From contig CBDDPY010000002.1 of NCBI GenBank assembly GCA_965232515.1, positions 2,656,001 to 2,720,000 on the forward strand: 64,000 bases of DNA, written 5' to 3'. The position numbers and the translations under genes were made by a program. Source of the DNA: Alphaproteobacteria bacterium (GTDB taxonomy: Bacteria; Pseudomonadota; Alphaproteobacteria; GCA-2731375). A model generated the notes under the pieces. The model worked only from the letters and a program-made list of their open reading frames with translations. It was not told the DNA's origin and did no database searches. Positions 46,165 through 55,914 of this stretch are shown here, piece after piece; the stretch's first letter is position 1, and every line of letters starts with the position of its first letter.

Positions 46165-46473
46165 ACCCGTTTCGCCTGCCGGACCGGTTCCGGCACCACG
46201 ATCTTCCGATTTCAACGTGTTTTTTTGCCCCGGTCAGGCCGCCGGGACGTGTTCGCGCGCGCCGCATCGCGCCCCCTGCATGCCTCACACTGGTCACGCC
46301 AAAACGCACACGCATGCCTTCACAAGAGTTCATTAATGGGGAATATGGTTAATTACCGTTGATTCGGCGTCGGTCGATCAACTTTTTTGGCATCAAAACC
46401 AGTTGTTGTTCGTATTTGTAAGTGAGTTTGTGTGACGGACACGCGTTGCGAATCCGTTCGTAGATATAAAAGC

Positions 46474-47952
46474 ATGAGGGTAATGAGGGCCGACCGCATG
46501 CTGTTGTTGCAAGATCGCGAACCCGCTTCGCTTGGCGAGCTCGCGAAATCCTCCGAAGCGAAGCTTCTGCTGATGTTTTTCGCCATCAGTTGCGCGGCGC
46601 TCGTTGCCGCGTGGGTCGGCATGCGCGTGGTTATCACCGAAGCGATCGAGGACGAGGCCCGCGAGACGGCGGCGCAATGGGCCCAGGTGTTCGAAAAGGA
46701 GCTGGTGCATCATCACGTCGATGTGCAGCGACTGTTGTCGGGCCGGCAGCCGTTGGAGAGCGATGGCCATCTGGTCGAGATCGCCAACAGCATCGAAAAC
46801 GTCTTTCGCTACCGCATTCTCGACGCGGATGGCGTGACGCGGCTCGGCGTGGCGGCCGATATCGGGACCCGCACGTCCGACACCAAATTCGCCGACGTCA
46901 TGGCGTCGGGTCAGCCTTATGCCGAGATCGAACGGAGCCAGGACTTCGGCCCCGAGCGCCGGCTGGTCAGCGAAGCCTATGTGCCGATCCTGCGCGACGG
47001 CCGAGCGGTCGGCGCGGTCGAGGTTTATGTCGATATGACGGACCGGGCCGATGCCGTCGAAGGGCTCGGCAACACGGTCCTAATCGGTCTTGCGTCGCTG
47101 CTGGCCGTCATGGGCGTCCTGAAAAGCCTTTGCGCCTGGCGCAGCCTACGCGAGCGGCGCCGCACCGAGGCCGCGTTGCTGCAGGCCAAGATCGAGGCGG
47201 AAATGGCAAATCAGGCGAAATCAGAGTTTCTCGCCAGCATGAGCCATGAGCTGCGCACGCCGCTGAACTCGATCATTGGCTTCTCGGAGATCATCGCGAC
47301 CAACGGCATGGGGCCGGTCGGAAACGCGCGGTATGTCGAGTATGCGGACCATATCCACGAGTCCGGTCAGTTTCTGCTCGAATTGGTGAACGACATCCTC
47401 GATCTGTCGAAAATCGCCGCCGGCAAGGCGAGCTTGCGCGAACAGGAACTGGACCTCGAATCCCTGATCGATGCCTGCATGATCATGGTGCAGCAATCCG
47501 CGGCCAACGGCGGCGTGACCCTGGAAACCCAGCCGACGACAGCGGCGATTTACGCGGACGAACTCAAACTGCGACAAATCCTGATCAACCTGCTGGCAAA
47601 CGCGATCCGCTTCACGCCGGCCGGCGGGACCGTGACGCTGTCCGCGACGCCCGGCCCCGCCGGCGAGTTGATCCTGGCGATCGCCGACACCGGTGTCGGG
47701 ATCGCACGCAAGGACATGGCGAAAGTTCTTCAGCCGTTCGGCCAGGCGAATAACGCGCCGGCCGTCACACCCACCGGGACCGGCCTCGGCCTGCCGTTGG
47801 CCAAGGCGTTCGCGGAACTGCACGACGCCGAGTTTTCGCTCGACAGCGAACCTGGCGTCGGCACGACGGTGACGATCAGGTTCCCGGCGGCGCGCGTCAT
47901 CGACCTCGCCGCGTCGGACGCCGAATTCGAGGAGCGAGCCGAAACCGGCTAA
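46474..47952 (+). CDS. Membrane sensor histidine kinase (PleC/DivJ-like HisKA)
   Basis: Two TM helices around a periplasmic domain; ANQAKSEFLASMSHELRTPLNSIIGFSE; N/G1/G2 boxes; start uncertain. Confidence 0.92.
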   Translation: MRVMRADRMLLLQDREPASLGELAKSSEAKLLLMFFAISCAALVAAWVGMRVVITEAIEDEARETAAQWAQVFEKELVHHHVDVQRLLSGRQPLESDGHLVEIANSIENVFRYRILDADGVTRLGVAADIGTRTSDTKFADVMASGQPYAEIERSQDFGPERRLVSEAYVPILRDGRAVGAVEVYVDMTDRADAVEGLGNTVLIGLASLLAVMGVLKSLCAWRSLRERRRTEAALLQAKIEAEMANQAKSEFLASMSHELRTPLNSIIGFSEIIATNGMGPVGNARYVEYADHIHESGQFLLELVNDILDLSKIAAGKASLREQELDLESLIDACMIMVQQSAANGGVTLETQPTTAAIYADELKLRQILINLLANAIRFTPAGGTVTLSATPGPAGELILAIADTGVGIARKDMAKVLQPFGQANNAPAVTPTGTGLGLPLAKAFAELHDAEFSLDSEPGVGTTVTIRFPAARVIDLAASDAEFEERAETG

Positions 47953-48749
47953 CGTGCCCGCGCGGTCAGTCCGCCGTCGACCAGGATCTCGGCCCCGGTG
48001 ACGTATTTCGATTCATCGCTGGCAAAATAGAGCCCCGCGTAGGCCACGTCCCAGGCATCGCCCATCCGGCCCATCGGCACCTGTGCGTTACGCTTGTCGA
48101 TCAGCGCTTGCGCCTCGCCGCCGGCATACTGGCCCGCCAGTCGCGCCTCGACGAGCGGCGTGTGCATCAACCCCGGGATCACGGTGTTGAAGCGGATGTT
48201 CCGGGCCGCGTATTTCACGGCGAGATGGCGGGAAAACTGGATCAGGCCGGCCTTGGCGGCGGCATAGGCGACGTGATCGTTGCCCATGTGCCGCAGGCCG
48301 GCGATCGAGGCGATGTTGACGACGGAACCGCCGCCCTGGCCCTCCATGACCGGCAAGGCGTGCTTGCAGGCGAGATAGACGCTTTTCAGGTTCATGTCGA
48401 TCTGGTGGTCCCAGACCTCTTCCGGCATCTCGACCGGACCGCCGGGCGCCGAGCCGCCGACGTTGTTGTGCAGCACATCGATGCGACCGAACCGATCCGT
48501 GCAGGTCCGCACCATGGCGGCGACCGCGTCGCTGTCGGTGGCATCGGTCTGGCAGACCTCGGCGACGCCGCCCTCCTCGGCGATCAGCGACTGGGTTTCG
48601 CGCGCGGCGTCGAGATCGATATCGGCGGCGAAAACCTGTGCGCCCTCGCGCGCATAAAGCACGGCCGCGGCCTTGCCGTTGCCCCAGCCCGGTCCGACCG
48701 AGCCGGCGCCAGTGATCAGCGCGATCTTACCTTCGAGGCGTCCGGCCAT
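47949..48749 (-). CDS. SDR family oxidoreductase
   Basis: TGAGSVGPGWGNG, NNVG, YAAAK, YVTG...VDGG. Confidence 0.93.
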   Translation of the reverse strand: MAGRLEGKIALITGAGSVGPGWGNGKAAAVLYAREGAQVFAADIDLDAARETQSLIAEEGGVAEVCQTDATDSDAVAAMVRTCTDRFGRIDVLHNNVGGSAPGGPVEMPEEVWDHQIDMNLKSVYLACKHALPVMEGQGGGSVVNIASIAGLRHMGNDHVAYAAAKAGLIQFSRHLAVKYAARNIRFNTVIPGLMHTPLVEARLAGQYAGGEAQALIDKRNAQVPMGRMGDAWDVAYAGLYFASDESKYVTGAEILVDGGLTARAR

Positions 48750-48763
48750 GATTCTGCTCCGCG

Positions 48764-50152
48764 CTAGAGCGACTTGACGATGTCCTCGACCATCTTCTTG
48801 GCGTCGCCGAACAGCATCATGGTGTTGTCGGCATAAAACAGATCGTTGTCGATGCCGGCATAGCCCGGCGACAGCGAGCGTTTGACGAACAGGACGGTGC
48901 GCGACTTGTCGACGTCGAGAATCGGCATGCCGGCGATCGGACTGGAGGGATCGGTGCGGGCGGCCGGGTTGGTGACGTCGTTGGCGCCGATCACGAAGGC
49001 GACGTCGGTGTTGGCGAAGTCGGAGTTGATCTCTTCCAGCTCGGCCACTTCGTCATAGGGCACGTTGGCCTCGGCCAGCAGCACGTTCATGTGGCCCGGC
49101 ATGCGGCCGGCGACGGGGTGGATGGCGTAGCGCACGTTCACCCCCTCGGCCTTCAGCAGGTCCGCCATCTCGCGCAATGTGTGCTGCGCCTGCGCCACCG
49201 CCATGCCGTAGCCCGGCACGATGATGACCGAGCCGGCATTCTTCATGATGAAGGCCGCGTCGTCGGCGCTGCCGGGCTTGACCGGCTTGTCGGAGCGGGT
49301 CGCCGCGGCGGCGCCGCTGTCGCCGCCGAAGCCGCCCAGCAGCACGCTGATGAACGAGCGGTTCATGGCCCGGCACATGATGTAGCTGAGGATGGCGCCG
49401 GACGAGCCGACCAGCGCGCCGGTGATGATCAGCGCCGTGTTCTCCAACGTGAAGCCGATGCCGGCCGCAGCCCAGCCCGAATAGGAGTTCAGCATCGAGA
49501 CGATGACCGGCATGTCGGCGCCGCCGATCGGGATGATCAGCAGGAAGCCGATGGCAAAGGCGATCAGCGTCATCAGCCAGAAGTAATTCACCTCGGGCTC
49601 GACGCAGAAGGCCACCATCAGCGCGACGATGACGAGGCCGATTAGGGCGTTCAGCGCGTGCTGGCCTTTGAACACGATGGGGTTGCCCGACATCAGCGCC
49701 TGCAGCTTGGCAAAGGCGATCAGCGAGCCCGAAAAGGTGATGGCGCCGATCACCACGCCGAGCGACATCTCGATGCGGCTGACCAGCTTCAGCGCCCCGG
49801 TCTCGTCGACGATGCCGTAGGCGGCCGGATTGTAAAGCGCCGCGGCGGCGACCAGCACGGCGGCGAGACCGACCAGGCTGTGGAAGGCGGCGACCAGCTG
49901 TGGCATCGCCGTCATCTGGATCTTCAGCGCGATCACCGTGCCGATCGCGCCGCCGACGACCAGCGCGATCAGGATCCAGACATAGGACACGACCTCGGGA
50001 TCGATGATCGTGGTGATCACCGCGATGGTCATGCCGATGATGCCGTACATGTTGCCGGCGCGCGACGAGTCCGGCGACGACAGCCCGCGCAGCGCCATGA
50101 TGAACAGCACCGAAGAAACCAGGTAGGCGAGCGCCGTGAGGTTTGCAGACAT
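48764..50152 (-). CDS. pntB: NAD(P) transhydrogenase subunit beta
   Basis: MPQLVAAFHSLVG, IGGADMP, PGYGMAVAQAQ, HPVAGRMPGHMNVLLAEA. Confidence 0.98.
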   Translation of the reverse strand: MSANLTALAYLVSSVLFIMALRGLSSPDSSRAGNMYGIIGMTIAVITTIIDPEVVSYVWILIALVVGGAIGTVIALKIQMTAMPQLVAAFHSLVGLAAVLVAAAALYNPAAYGIVDETGALKLVSRIEMSLGVVIGAITFSGSLIAFAKLQALMSGNPIVFKGQHALNALIGLVIVALMVAFCVEPEVNYFWLMTLIAFAIGFLLIIPIGGADMPVIVSMLNSYSGWAAAGIGFTLENTALIITGALVGSSGAILSYIMCRAMNRSFISVLLGGFGGDSGAAAATRSDKPVKPGSADDAAFIMKNAGSVIIVPGYGMAVAQAQHTLREMADLLKAEGVNVRYAIHPVAGRMPGHMNVLLAEANVPYDEVAELEEINSDFANTDVAFVIGANDVTNPAARTDPSSPIAGMPILDVDKSRTVLFVKRSLSPGYAGIDNDLFYADNTMMLFGDAKKMVEDIVKSL

Positions 50153-50165
50153 TGCCCCGCCCCCG

Positions 50166-50465
50166 CTATTTCTTCTTCTTGTACATCGCCAGCATGCGCT
50201 GTGTGACGGTGAAGCCGCCGAAGATGTTGACGGCGGCGAGCGCGATGGCGATCACGCCCAATATCTTCGACAGGCTGATATCAGCCGGTCCGGCGGCGAT
50301 CAAGGCGCCGACGATGATCACGGACGAGATCGCATTGGTCACCGACATCAGCGGCGTGTGCAGCGCGGGCGTCACGCTCCAGACCACGTAGTAGCCGACG
50401 AAAATCGCCAGCACGAAGATCGCAAGGCGGAAGATGAAGGGATCGACGGTGGCTGCGACGTCCAT
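50166..50465 (-). CDS. pntAB: NAD(P) transhydrogenase subunit alpha part 2
   Basis: VTPALHTPLMSVTNAISS...NIFGGFTVTQRMLAMY. Confidence 0.96.
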   Translation of the reverse strand: MDVAATVDPFIFRLAIFVLAIFVGYYVVWSVTPALHTPLMSVTNAISSVIIVGALIAAGPADISLSKILGVIAIALAAVNIFGGFTVTQRMLAMYKKKK

Positions 50466-50504
50466 GTTTTCGGTGTCCTTACGTCAGGTTCACGGGACGC
50501 GGCC

Positions 50505-51662
50505 TCAGCCGCCGTCACCGGTCAGCATCGGATGCACGACCTTGCCGTCGTGCGCGACAAGCGTGCCCTGGACGAGCTCGTCTTCCCAATCGATCTGCAG
50601 GGCGCCGGTCTCGGCGTCGATGAACGGCGTCAGGAAGTTCAGCAGGTTCTTGGCGAACAGCGCCGAGGCATCGACCGGCACCCGGCCCGGCACGTTGTAA
50701 TGGCCGACGATCTTGACCCCGTGGGCCTCGGCGATCTCGCCGGGCGTCGACAGCGTGCAGTTGCCGCCGCTTTCGACCGCGAGATCGACGATCACCGAGC
50801 CGGGTTTCATGGTCTTGACCATGTCCTCGTTGATCAGCGTCGGCGCCGGCCGGCCGGGGATGAGCGCGGTGCAGATAACGATGTCCTGCTTGGTGATGGT
50901 TTCGGCGATCAGTTCGGCCTGCTTGCGCTTGTACTCGTCGCTCATCTCCTTGGCGTAGCCGCCGGCGGTTTCGGCCTGAGCCGTTTCCTCGTCCTCGACC
51001 ATCACAAACGTCGCGCCCAGACTCTCGACCTGTTCCTTCGCGGCCGGCCGAACGTCGGTGGCGGAGACGATGGCGCCCAACCGACGGGCGGTGGCGATCG
51101 CCTGCAGCCCCGCGACGCCCGCGCCCATCACCAGCACGCGCGCCGGCGCAATCGTACCGGCCGCCGTCATCATCATCGGCAGCGCGCGGCCAAAAGCCTC
51201 GGTGGCGTCGAGCACGCTCTTGTAGCCGGCGAGATTGGCCTGGCTCGAGAGAATGTCCATGCTCTGGGCCCGGGTGATGCGCGGCATCAACTCCATGGCG
51301 AACGCGGTGACGCCGGCGGCGGCGAAGGCCTCGACCTGCGGCTTGTTCATCAGGGGATTGAGCGCGGCAATCAGGATCTGACCGGATTTCAGAAGCGCCA
51401 GCTCGTCCGGCCCTCCTTCCTCCGACGTCAACGGCCGGGAAACCTTGAGCACAGCGTCGGCGCCATCCAAGGCCGCCGTGGCATCGGCGGCAATCTTGGC
51501 GCCGGCTTCCTCGAACATCGCATCGGGGATGCTGGCGCTGGCGCCGGCGCCGGTCTCGACCGCGACCTCGACGCCAAGTCCGGCGAACTTCTTGACGGTC
51601 TCGGGCGTCGCCGCGACGCGGGTCTCGTGCGCGCGACGTTCCTTCAGGACGGCGATCTTCAT
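50505..51662 (-). CDS. pntAA: NAD(P) transhydrogenase subunit alpha part 1
   Basis: ETRVAATP, PRITRAQSMD, GAGVAGLQAIATARRLGA, GGYAKE. Confidence 0.97.
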   Translation of the reverse strand: MKIAVLKERRAHETRVAATPETVKKFAGLGVEVAVETGAGASASIPDAMFEEAGAKIAADATAALDGADAVLKVSRPLTSEEGGPDELALLKSGQILIAALNPLMNKPQVEAFAAAGVTAFAMELMPRITRAQSMDILSSQANLAGYKSVLDATEAFGRALPMMMTAAGTIAPARVLVMGAGVAGLQAIATARRLGAIVSATDVRPAAKEQVESLGATFVMVEDEETAQAETAGGYAKEMSDEYKRKQAELIAETITKQDIVICTALIPGRPAPTLINEDMVKTMKPGSVIVDLAVESGGNCTLSTPGEIAEAHGVKIVGHYNVPGRVPVDASALFAKNLLNFLTPFIDAETGALQIDWEDELVQGTLVAHDGKVVHPMLTGDGG

Positions 51663-51797
51663 GCCTTACGAACTCCGATCAGGTCGGCGGCGTCGCCGGA
51701 CGTTGCGGTCGATGTATCGGAACAGGGAAAACGCGGCCCGGCAGCGCCGGCGGCGGAGCGGGCCGATGACACGGCAGGGCGCCTGTCATCAGGTCGG

Positions 51798-51932
51798 TTA
51801 GAGCAGGAAGATGGCCATCAGAACCAAGAGAATGACAATGCCGACGACGGAAATGTTCGTCAGCTTCATGAAGTTGCGCCACATCTGGCGCTGAGCGGAA
51901 ATATCCATGTGGCCACGTGCCTCGTCGCTCAT
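51798..51932 (-). CDS. ctaH: aa3-type cytochrome c oxidase subunit IV
   Basis: MSDEARGHMDISAQRQMWRNFMKLTNISVVGIVILLVLMAIFLL (44 aa; G.MDI..Q...F + TM); only the tail of a longer spurious ORF in the track. Confidence 0.82.
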   Translation of the reverse strand: MSDEARGHMDISAQRQMWRNFMKLTNISVVGIVILLVLMAIFLL

Positions 51933-52033
51933 ATTGATCCCCCAACAATCGTACGGGTTAAGGTGGCCAGCAATATAACAAAGGCCGTTGCGGATCAATC
52001 GCTTGCTGTACCGGCGACGCGGAGCGGCCGGAC

Positions 52034-53383
52034 TTATCCGGGGAGCGGCACGCCGGCTTTCTTCAATGCCGCGGTCTGACGCTTCTCCAGGGCCTTCACG
52101 TCGAAGTCGTCGATCAGGTCGTGGAACAGCCGGTGCCAGTTGATCTCGGCGGCAAGATGCATGAAAACGCCGCCGAGACCGATGGCGGCGCGATCCATGA
52201 AGACGAATTCGCGCGGCGGCCGCACGCCGCCCAGCTCGCGCAGCCTGCGGTGGACCTTTTCGGCCACCTCGCGGCCGTAGATGCCGCTCGATTCCATTTC
52301 CTGGATGCGCCGCTGGCGATCCTCCAGCAACGGCCCGTAGACGAAGTTCGCCCACATATTGAGGGTGTCGATGACCTCGTTGGAGAGGTCGAAGAAGCCC
52401 CAGGTCTCGTAGGCGTGTACCGCCAGCTCGCGGTCGTCGTCGCGAATCGCCTTGTACAGGTCGATCACGCCGGCGACGAATTTCGGCTTGAAGACGCGAA
52501 TGCAGCCGAAATCGAGCAAGTTGATGCCGTAGTCGGGCCGGACCGAGTAGTTGCCGAGATGCGGATCGCCGTGGATGACGCCGTAGTCGTAGAAAGGCAC
52601 ATACCAGGCCCGGAACATGTTGTTGGCGATGGCGTTGCGGGTCTCGAGGTCGGCATCCTTGAAATCCAGCAGCGACCGGCCGTCGAGCCAGGCCATGGTC
52701 AGCAGCCGCTTGGTGCACAATTCCGGCAGCACGCCGGGAATATGCACATGCGCTTCGCCGCCCAGCATCGCGTTGTAGAGGCGCATATGCCGCGCCTCCA
52801 GCTCGTAGTCCAGCTCCTCGCGCAGACGGGCCGCGATCTCCTCGTGGATGTGGCTGGTGTCGATGCTTTTGTCGTAACGGTGATAGATCGCGAAGATCAG
52901 CTTGAGCTGCTTCAGGTCGGCCTCGACCGCCGACTGCATGTCCGGATACTGCAGCTTGCAGGCCAGCACGCGGTCGTCGAGACGGGCCCGGTGCACCTGT
53001 CCCAGCGACGCCGCGGCGGCGGCTTCATGCTCGAACTCGTCGAAGGATTTCTGCCAGTCGGCACCCAGCTCGCTCGCCATCCGGCGCTTCACGAACAGCC
53101 AGCCCATGGCCGGCGCGTTCGATTGCAGCTGGATCAACTCCTGCACGTATTCCTGCGGCAGCGCCTCGGGGATGGTCGCCATGATCTGGGCGACCTTCAT
53201 CAGCGGGCCTTTCAGGCCACCGAGGGCCATGCGCAGCTCGTTGGCGTGCTTGTCGCGGTCGAGCTTGATGCCGAGGAAGCGTTCGCCGGCCAGACGCGCG
53301 GCCAGGCCGCCGACGGCGGTCGAGACCTGTGCGTAGCGCTTCACCCGGCCCGATACGCGGCTTTCTTCACGGTCGTTGGCCAA
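52034..53383 (-). CDS. ABC1/AarF/UbiB family atypical kinase
   Basis: LKGPLMKVAQ, AAASLGQVH, KLQYP, EELDY..EA, HGDPHLGN, LDFG; TTG start after GGAGG. Confidence 0.92.
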   Translation of the reverse strand: MANDREESRVSGRVKRYAQVSTAVGGLAARLAGERFLGIKLDRDKHANELRMALGGLKGPLMKVAQIMATIPEALPQEYVQELIQLQSNAPAMGWLFVKRRMASELGADWQKSFDEFEHEAAAAASLGQVHRARLDDRVLACKLQYPDMQSAVEADLKQLKLIFAIYHRYDKSIDTSHIHEEIAARLREELDYELEARHMRLYNAMLGGEAHVHIPGVLPELCTKRLLTMAWLDGRSLLDFKDADLETRNAIANNMFRAWYVPFYDYGVIHGDPHLGNYSVRPDYGINLLDFGCIRVFKPKFVAGVIDLYKAIRDDDRELAVHAYETWGFFDLSNEVIDTLNMWANFVYGPLLEDRQRRIQEMESSGIYGREVAEKVHRRLRELGGVRPPREFVFMDRAAIGLGGVFMHLAAEINWHRLFHDLIDDFDVKALEKRQTAALKKAGVPLPG

Positions 53384-53384
53384 G

Positions 53385-55160
53385 CTACAGCGCCTCCAGC
53401 TCGTCGATGAATTGCTCGATGACGCCGAGGCCGCGACGCCAGAAGTCGGGATCGCCGGCATCGAGACCGAAGGGCGCCAGCAATTCGCGGTGCCGCAAGG
53501 TGCCGCCGGCGCGCAGCATGTCGAGATACTTGTCCTGAAAGCCCTGCTCGGCGTTCTGGTAGACGGCGTAGAGGGAGTTCACCAGGCAATCGCCGAAGGC
53601 ATAGGCATAGACATAGAACGGCGAATGGATGAAGTGCGGAATGTAGCACCAGTAGGCGGCGTAGTCCGGCGTCAGCTTGATCGCCGGGCCCAGGCTCTCG
53701 CCCTGCACGGCGAGCCAGATCTCGCCAATCCGGTCGGCGGTGAGCTCACCGCCACGGCGCTCGTCATGCAGCCGGCGTTCGAATTCGTAGAAGGCGATCT
53801 GCCGCACCACCGTGTTGATCATGTCCTCGACCTTGGCGGCGAGCATGATCTTGCGGCGGCCGGGATCGCTCTCGGCATCGAGAAGCGCGCGGAAGGTCAG
53901 CTGCTCGCCGAACACGCTCGCGGTCTCGGCCAGCGTCAGCGGCGTTTCGGCCATCAACGCGCCCTGCTCTCCGGCCAAAACCTGATGCACGCCGTGGCCC
54001 AACTCATGCGCCAGCGTCATCACGTCCCGCGTCTTGCCCTGATAGTTCAGCAGCAGATAGGGATGCGCGCTGGGTACGGTCGGATGCGCGAAGGCGCCCG
54101 GCGACTTGCCGGGCCTGGCCGGCGCGTCGATCCAGGCATTATCGAAGAAGCGCCGGCCGATCGCCGCCAGATCGGTCGAGAACCGGCCATAGGCGTCAAG
54201 CACCACGTCGCGCGCCTCGGTCCAGGGAATGATCCGGTCGTCATCCTCGGGCAGCGGCGCGTTGCGGTCCCAATAGTCGAGCCGCTCGCTGTCCATCCAG
54301 CCGGCCTTGAGCTTGTAGTAACGGTGGGACAGGCGCGGATAGGCCTCCTGCACCGCATTGCGCAAGGCGTCGACGACCTCGGCCTCGACCTGGTTGGAGA
54401 GATGCCGGGCGGTGTCCGGCGCCGGATACTTGCGCCAGCGCCCCTCAATGTCTCCGTCCTTGGCGAGCGTGTTGGTGATGAGCGCGAACAGCCGGATGTT
54501 GTCCTGGAAGGTCTGGGCCAGCGCGGCGGCCGCCTGCTTGCGTTTCTTGCCGTCCTTGTCCGAGAGCAGATGCAGGGTCTCTTCGGCCGTCAGCTTGCGC
54601 CCATCGACGTCGAACCGCAGGCCGGCCATGGTTTCGTCGAACAGCCGGGTCCAGGCGGCGCGGCCGGTTATGCGCTTCTCATGCAGGGCCTTCTCGAGTT
54701 CATCGCTCAACTGATAGGGCCGGAAGACACGCTGATCGCGCAGCCAGGGGCGGTAACGCGCCAGCTCGGACGCCGTCAGCTTGGTCTCGAGGTCGTCGTC
54801 CTCGATCCGGTTCAGCTCGAGGCCGAAAAACAGCAGCTCGGCGGAAATGGCGTTCTCGCGCTCCTGCATGGTCTGGAAGAACTGGCCGATGCGGGCATCG
54901 CTCATATCGGACGCGTAGGTCAGATGCGCGAAGCTCATGATCCGGCCGAGGGTCTCGGTGATGCCTTCGAACTCGGCGACCGCGGCGCCAAGGGCGGCGC
55001 CGTCGAGCGACGCCACGGCGCCCGCGTATTTGGCCTTGAAGGCCGCGGCGGCGGCGGCCATGGCGTCCAGATCCGACGACAGGGCCGGCGAATCCATGGC
55101 CGGATAAAGATCGCTCAAATCCCACTCGGGCAACTGGCCCAAGGCGGCGGAACCACTCAT
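53385..55160 (-). CDS. pepF: M3 family oligoendopeptidase F
   Basis: WDLSDLY, GKSPGAF, HPYLLLNY, AHELGHGVH, AETAS, IPHF..PFYVYAYAFG. Confidence 0.93.
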   Translation of the reverse strand: MSGSAALGQLPEWDLSDLYPAMDSPALSSDLDAMAAAAAAFKAKYAGAVASLDGAALGAAVAEFEGITETLGRIMSFAHLTYASDMSDARIGQFFQTMQERENAISAELLFFGLELNRIEDDDLETKLTASELARYRPWLRDQRVFRPYQLSDELEKALHEKRITGRAAWTRLFDETMAGLRFDVDGRKLTAEETLHLLSDKDGKKRKQAAAALAQTFQDNIRLFALITNTLAKDGDIEGRWRKYPAPDTARHLSNQVEAEVVDALRNAVQEAYPRLSHRYYKLKAGWMDSERLDYWDRNAPLPEDDDRIIPWTEARDVVLDAYGRFSTDLAAIGRRFFDNAWIDAPARPGKSPGAFAHPTVPSAHPYLLLNYQGKTRDVMTLAHELGHGVHQVLAGEQGALMAETPLTLAETASVFGEQLTFRALLDAESDPGRRKIMLAAKVEDMINTVVRQIAFYEFERRLHDERRGGELTADRIGEIWLAVQGESLGPAIKLTPDYAAYWCYIPHFIHSPFYVYAYAFGDCLVNSLYAVYQNAEQGFQDKYLDMLRAGGTLRHRELLAPFGLDAGDPDFWRRGLGVIEQFIDELEAL

Positions 55161-55307
55161 GACGGACACTCCTCGGCGAAGGTCATTGTCGATATAGGCC
55201 AAGCGCGCGCCGCATCCAAGCGGCGTGTCCGCGCCAAGTCGTCACGCCGGTTGGAAGGTCGCTACTTCCGGCCACGAAGGGACGGGTCGAGGTCCATGAC
55301 GCCGGCC

Positions 55308-55655
55308 TCAGCCGCCGATGCGTTTGAGCATGACGTCGCGTGTCATATGCAGGGAAATCGCGCCGCTCTGATACTGCAGCGATTTGACGCCGTCGCGCGG
55401 CAGCGGGATCTTCGAGGCGATGCAATAGTGAATCATGGCCGCGCCGGCCTCGTCGAAGGTGAAGATCAGCGCGTTCGTCCGCCCCGCCCGATCGTCGAAG
55501 ATCTCCAGGCTGACGATGAACTCGACATCGCCGGTGACCTCGACGCCGCGGACGACGCCCGGCGGGATCTTCATCTTGCGCGCCCGCGCATAGGACACCA
55601 GGGCGTCCATGACCTCCTGATGCGAAAAGATGATCGTGCGGCTCTCACTCGGCAT
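55308..55655 (-). CDS. Conserved hypothetical protein (115 aa)
   Basis: SD GGGGGAG; MPSESRTIIFS..E...IPPG...E.GAAMIHYC...IPLPR...KSL; host-like codon usage. Confidence 0.75.
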   Translation of the reverse strand: MPSESRTIIFSHQEVMDALVSYARARKMKIPPGVVRGVEVTGDVEFIVSLEIFDDRAGRTNALIFTFDEAGAAMIHYCIASKIPLPRDGVKSLQYQSGAISLHMTRDVMLKRIGG

Positions 55656-55730
55656 GACTGCAAGCTCCCCCCGACGTGATCGCGCTGATGCCGGCAATCG
55701 CGCGAACCGCATCCATTCGTAGCGGATAAG

Positions 55731-55767
55731 TGTGAAGAATTCCGACAGTGTGTCGGTTTTGTTTACA
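55731..55767. promoter_or_regulatory. Tandem enhancer (UAS) sites TGT-N11-ACA x2
   Basis: TGTGAAGAATTCCGACA (55731-55747) and TGTCGGTTTTGTTTACA (55751-55767), centres 20 bp apart. Confidence 0.65.
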
Positions 55768-55800
55768 CTTTCTGCGGGGATTTATCCGCCGGTTGATCGC

Positions 55801-55813
55801 TAAGTCATTGAAA
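55801..55813 (-). promoter_or_regulatory. IHF-like binding site
   Basis: Minus strand TTTCAATGACTTA vs consensus WATCAANNNNTTR (1 mismatch), lying between UAS and -24/-12. Confidence 0.5.
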
Positions 55814-55831
55814 TGGCTGCATTTGGGCAAA

Positions 55832-55848
55832 CTGGCATCAATTTCGCT
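55832..55848 (+). promoter_or_regulatory. Sigma54 (-24/-12) promoter
   Basis: CTGGCATCAATTTCGCT: GG and GC at the canonical spacing of TGGCACNNNNNTTGC. Confidence 0.7.
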
Positions 55849-55914
55849 TAAGAGATAGGCAGGTCTGCTTGGAAAGTGATCCTCATGCCGCACATGAACT
55901 TGGGGGGCGGTACG

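Noticed and set aside
51798-52718. 306-aa ORF in the track
   Set aside because: Only the last 44 codons are a real gene (cytochrome oxidase subunit IV); the rest overlaps the ABC1 kinase in another frame
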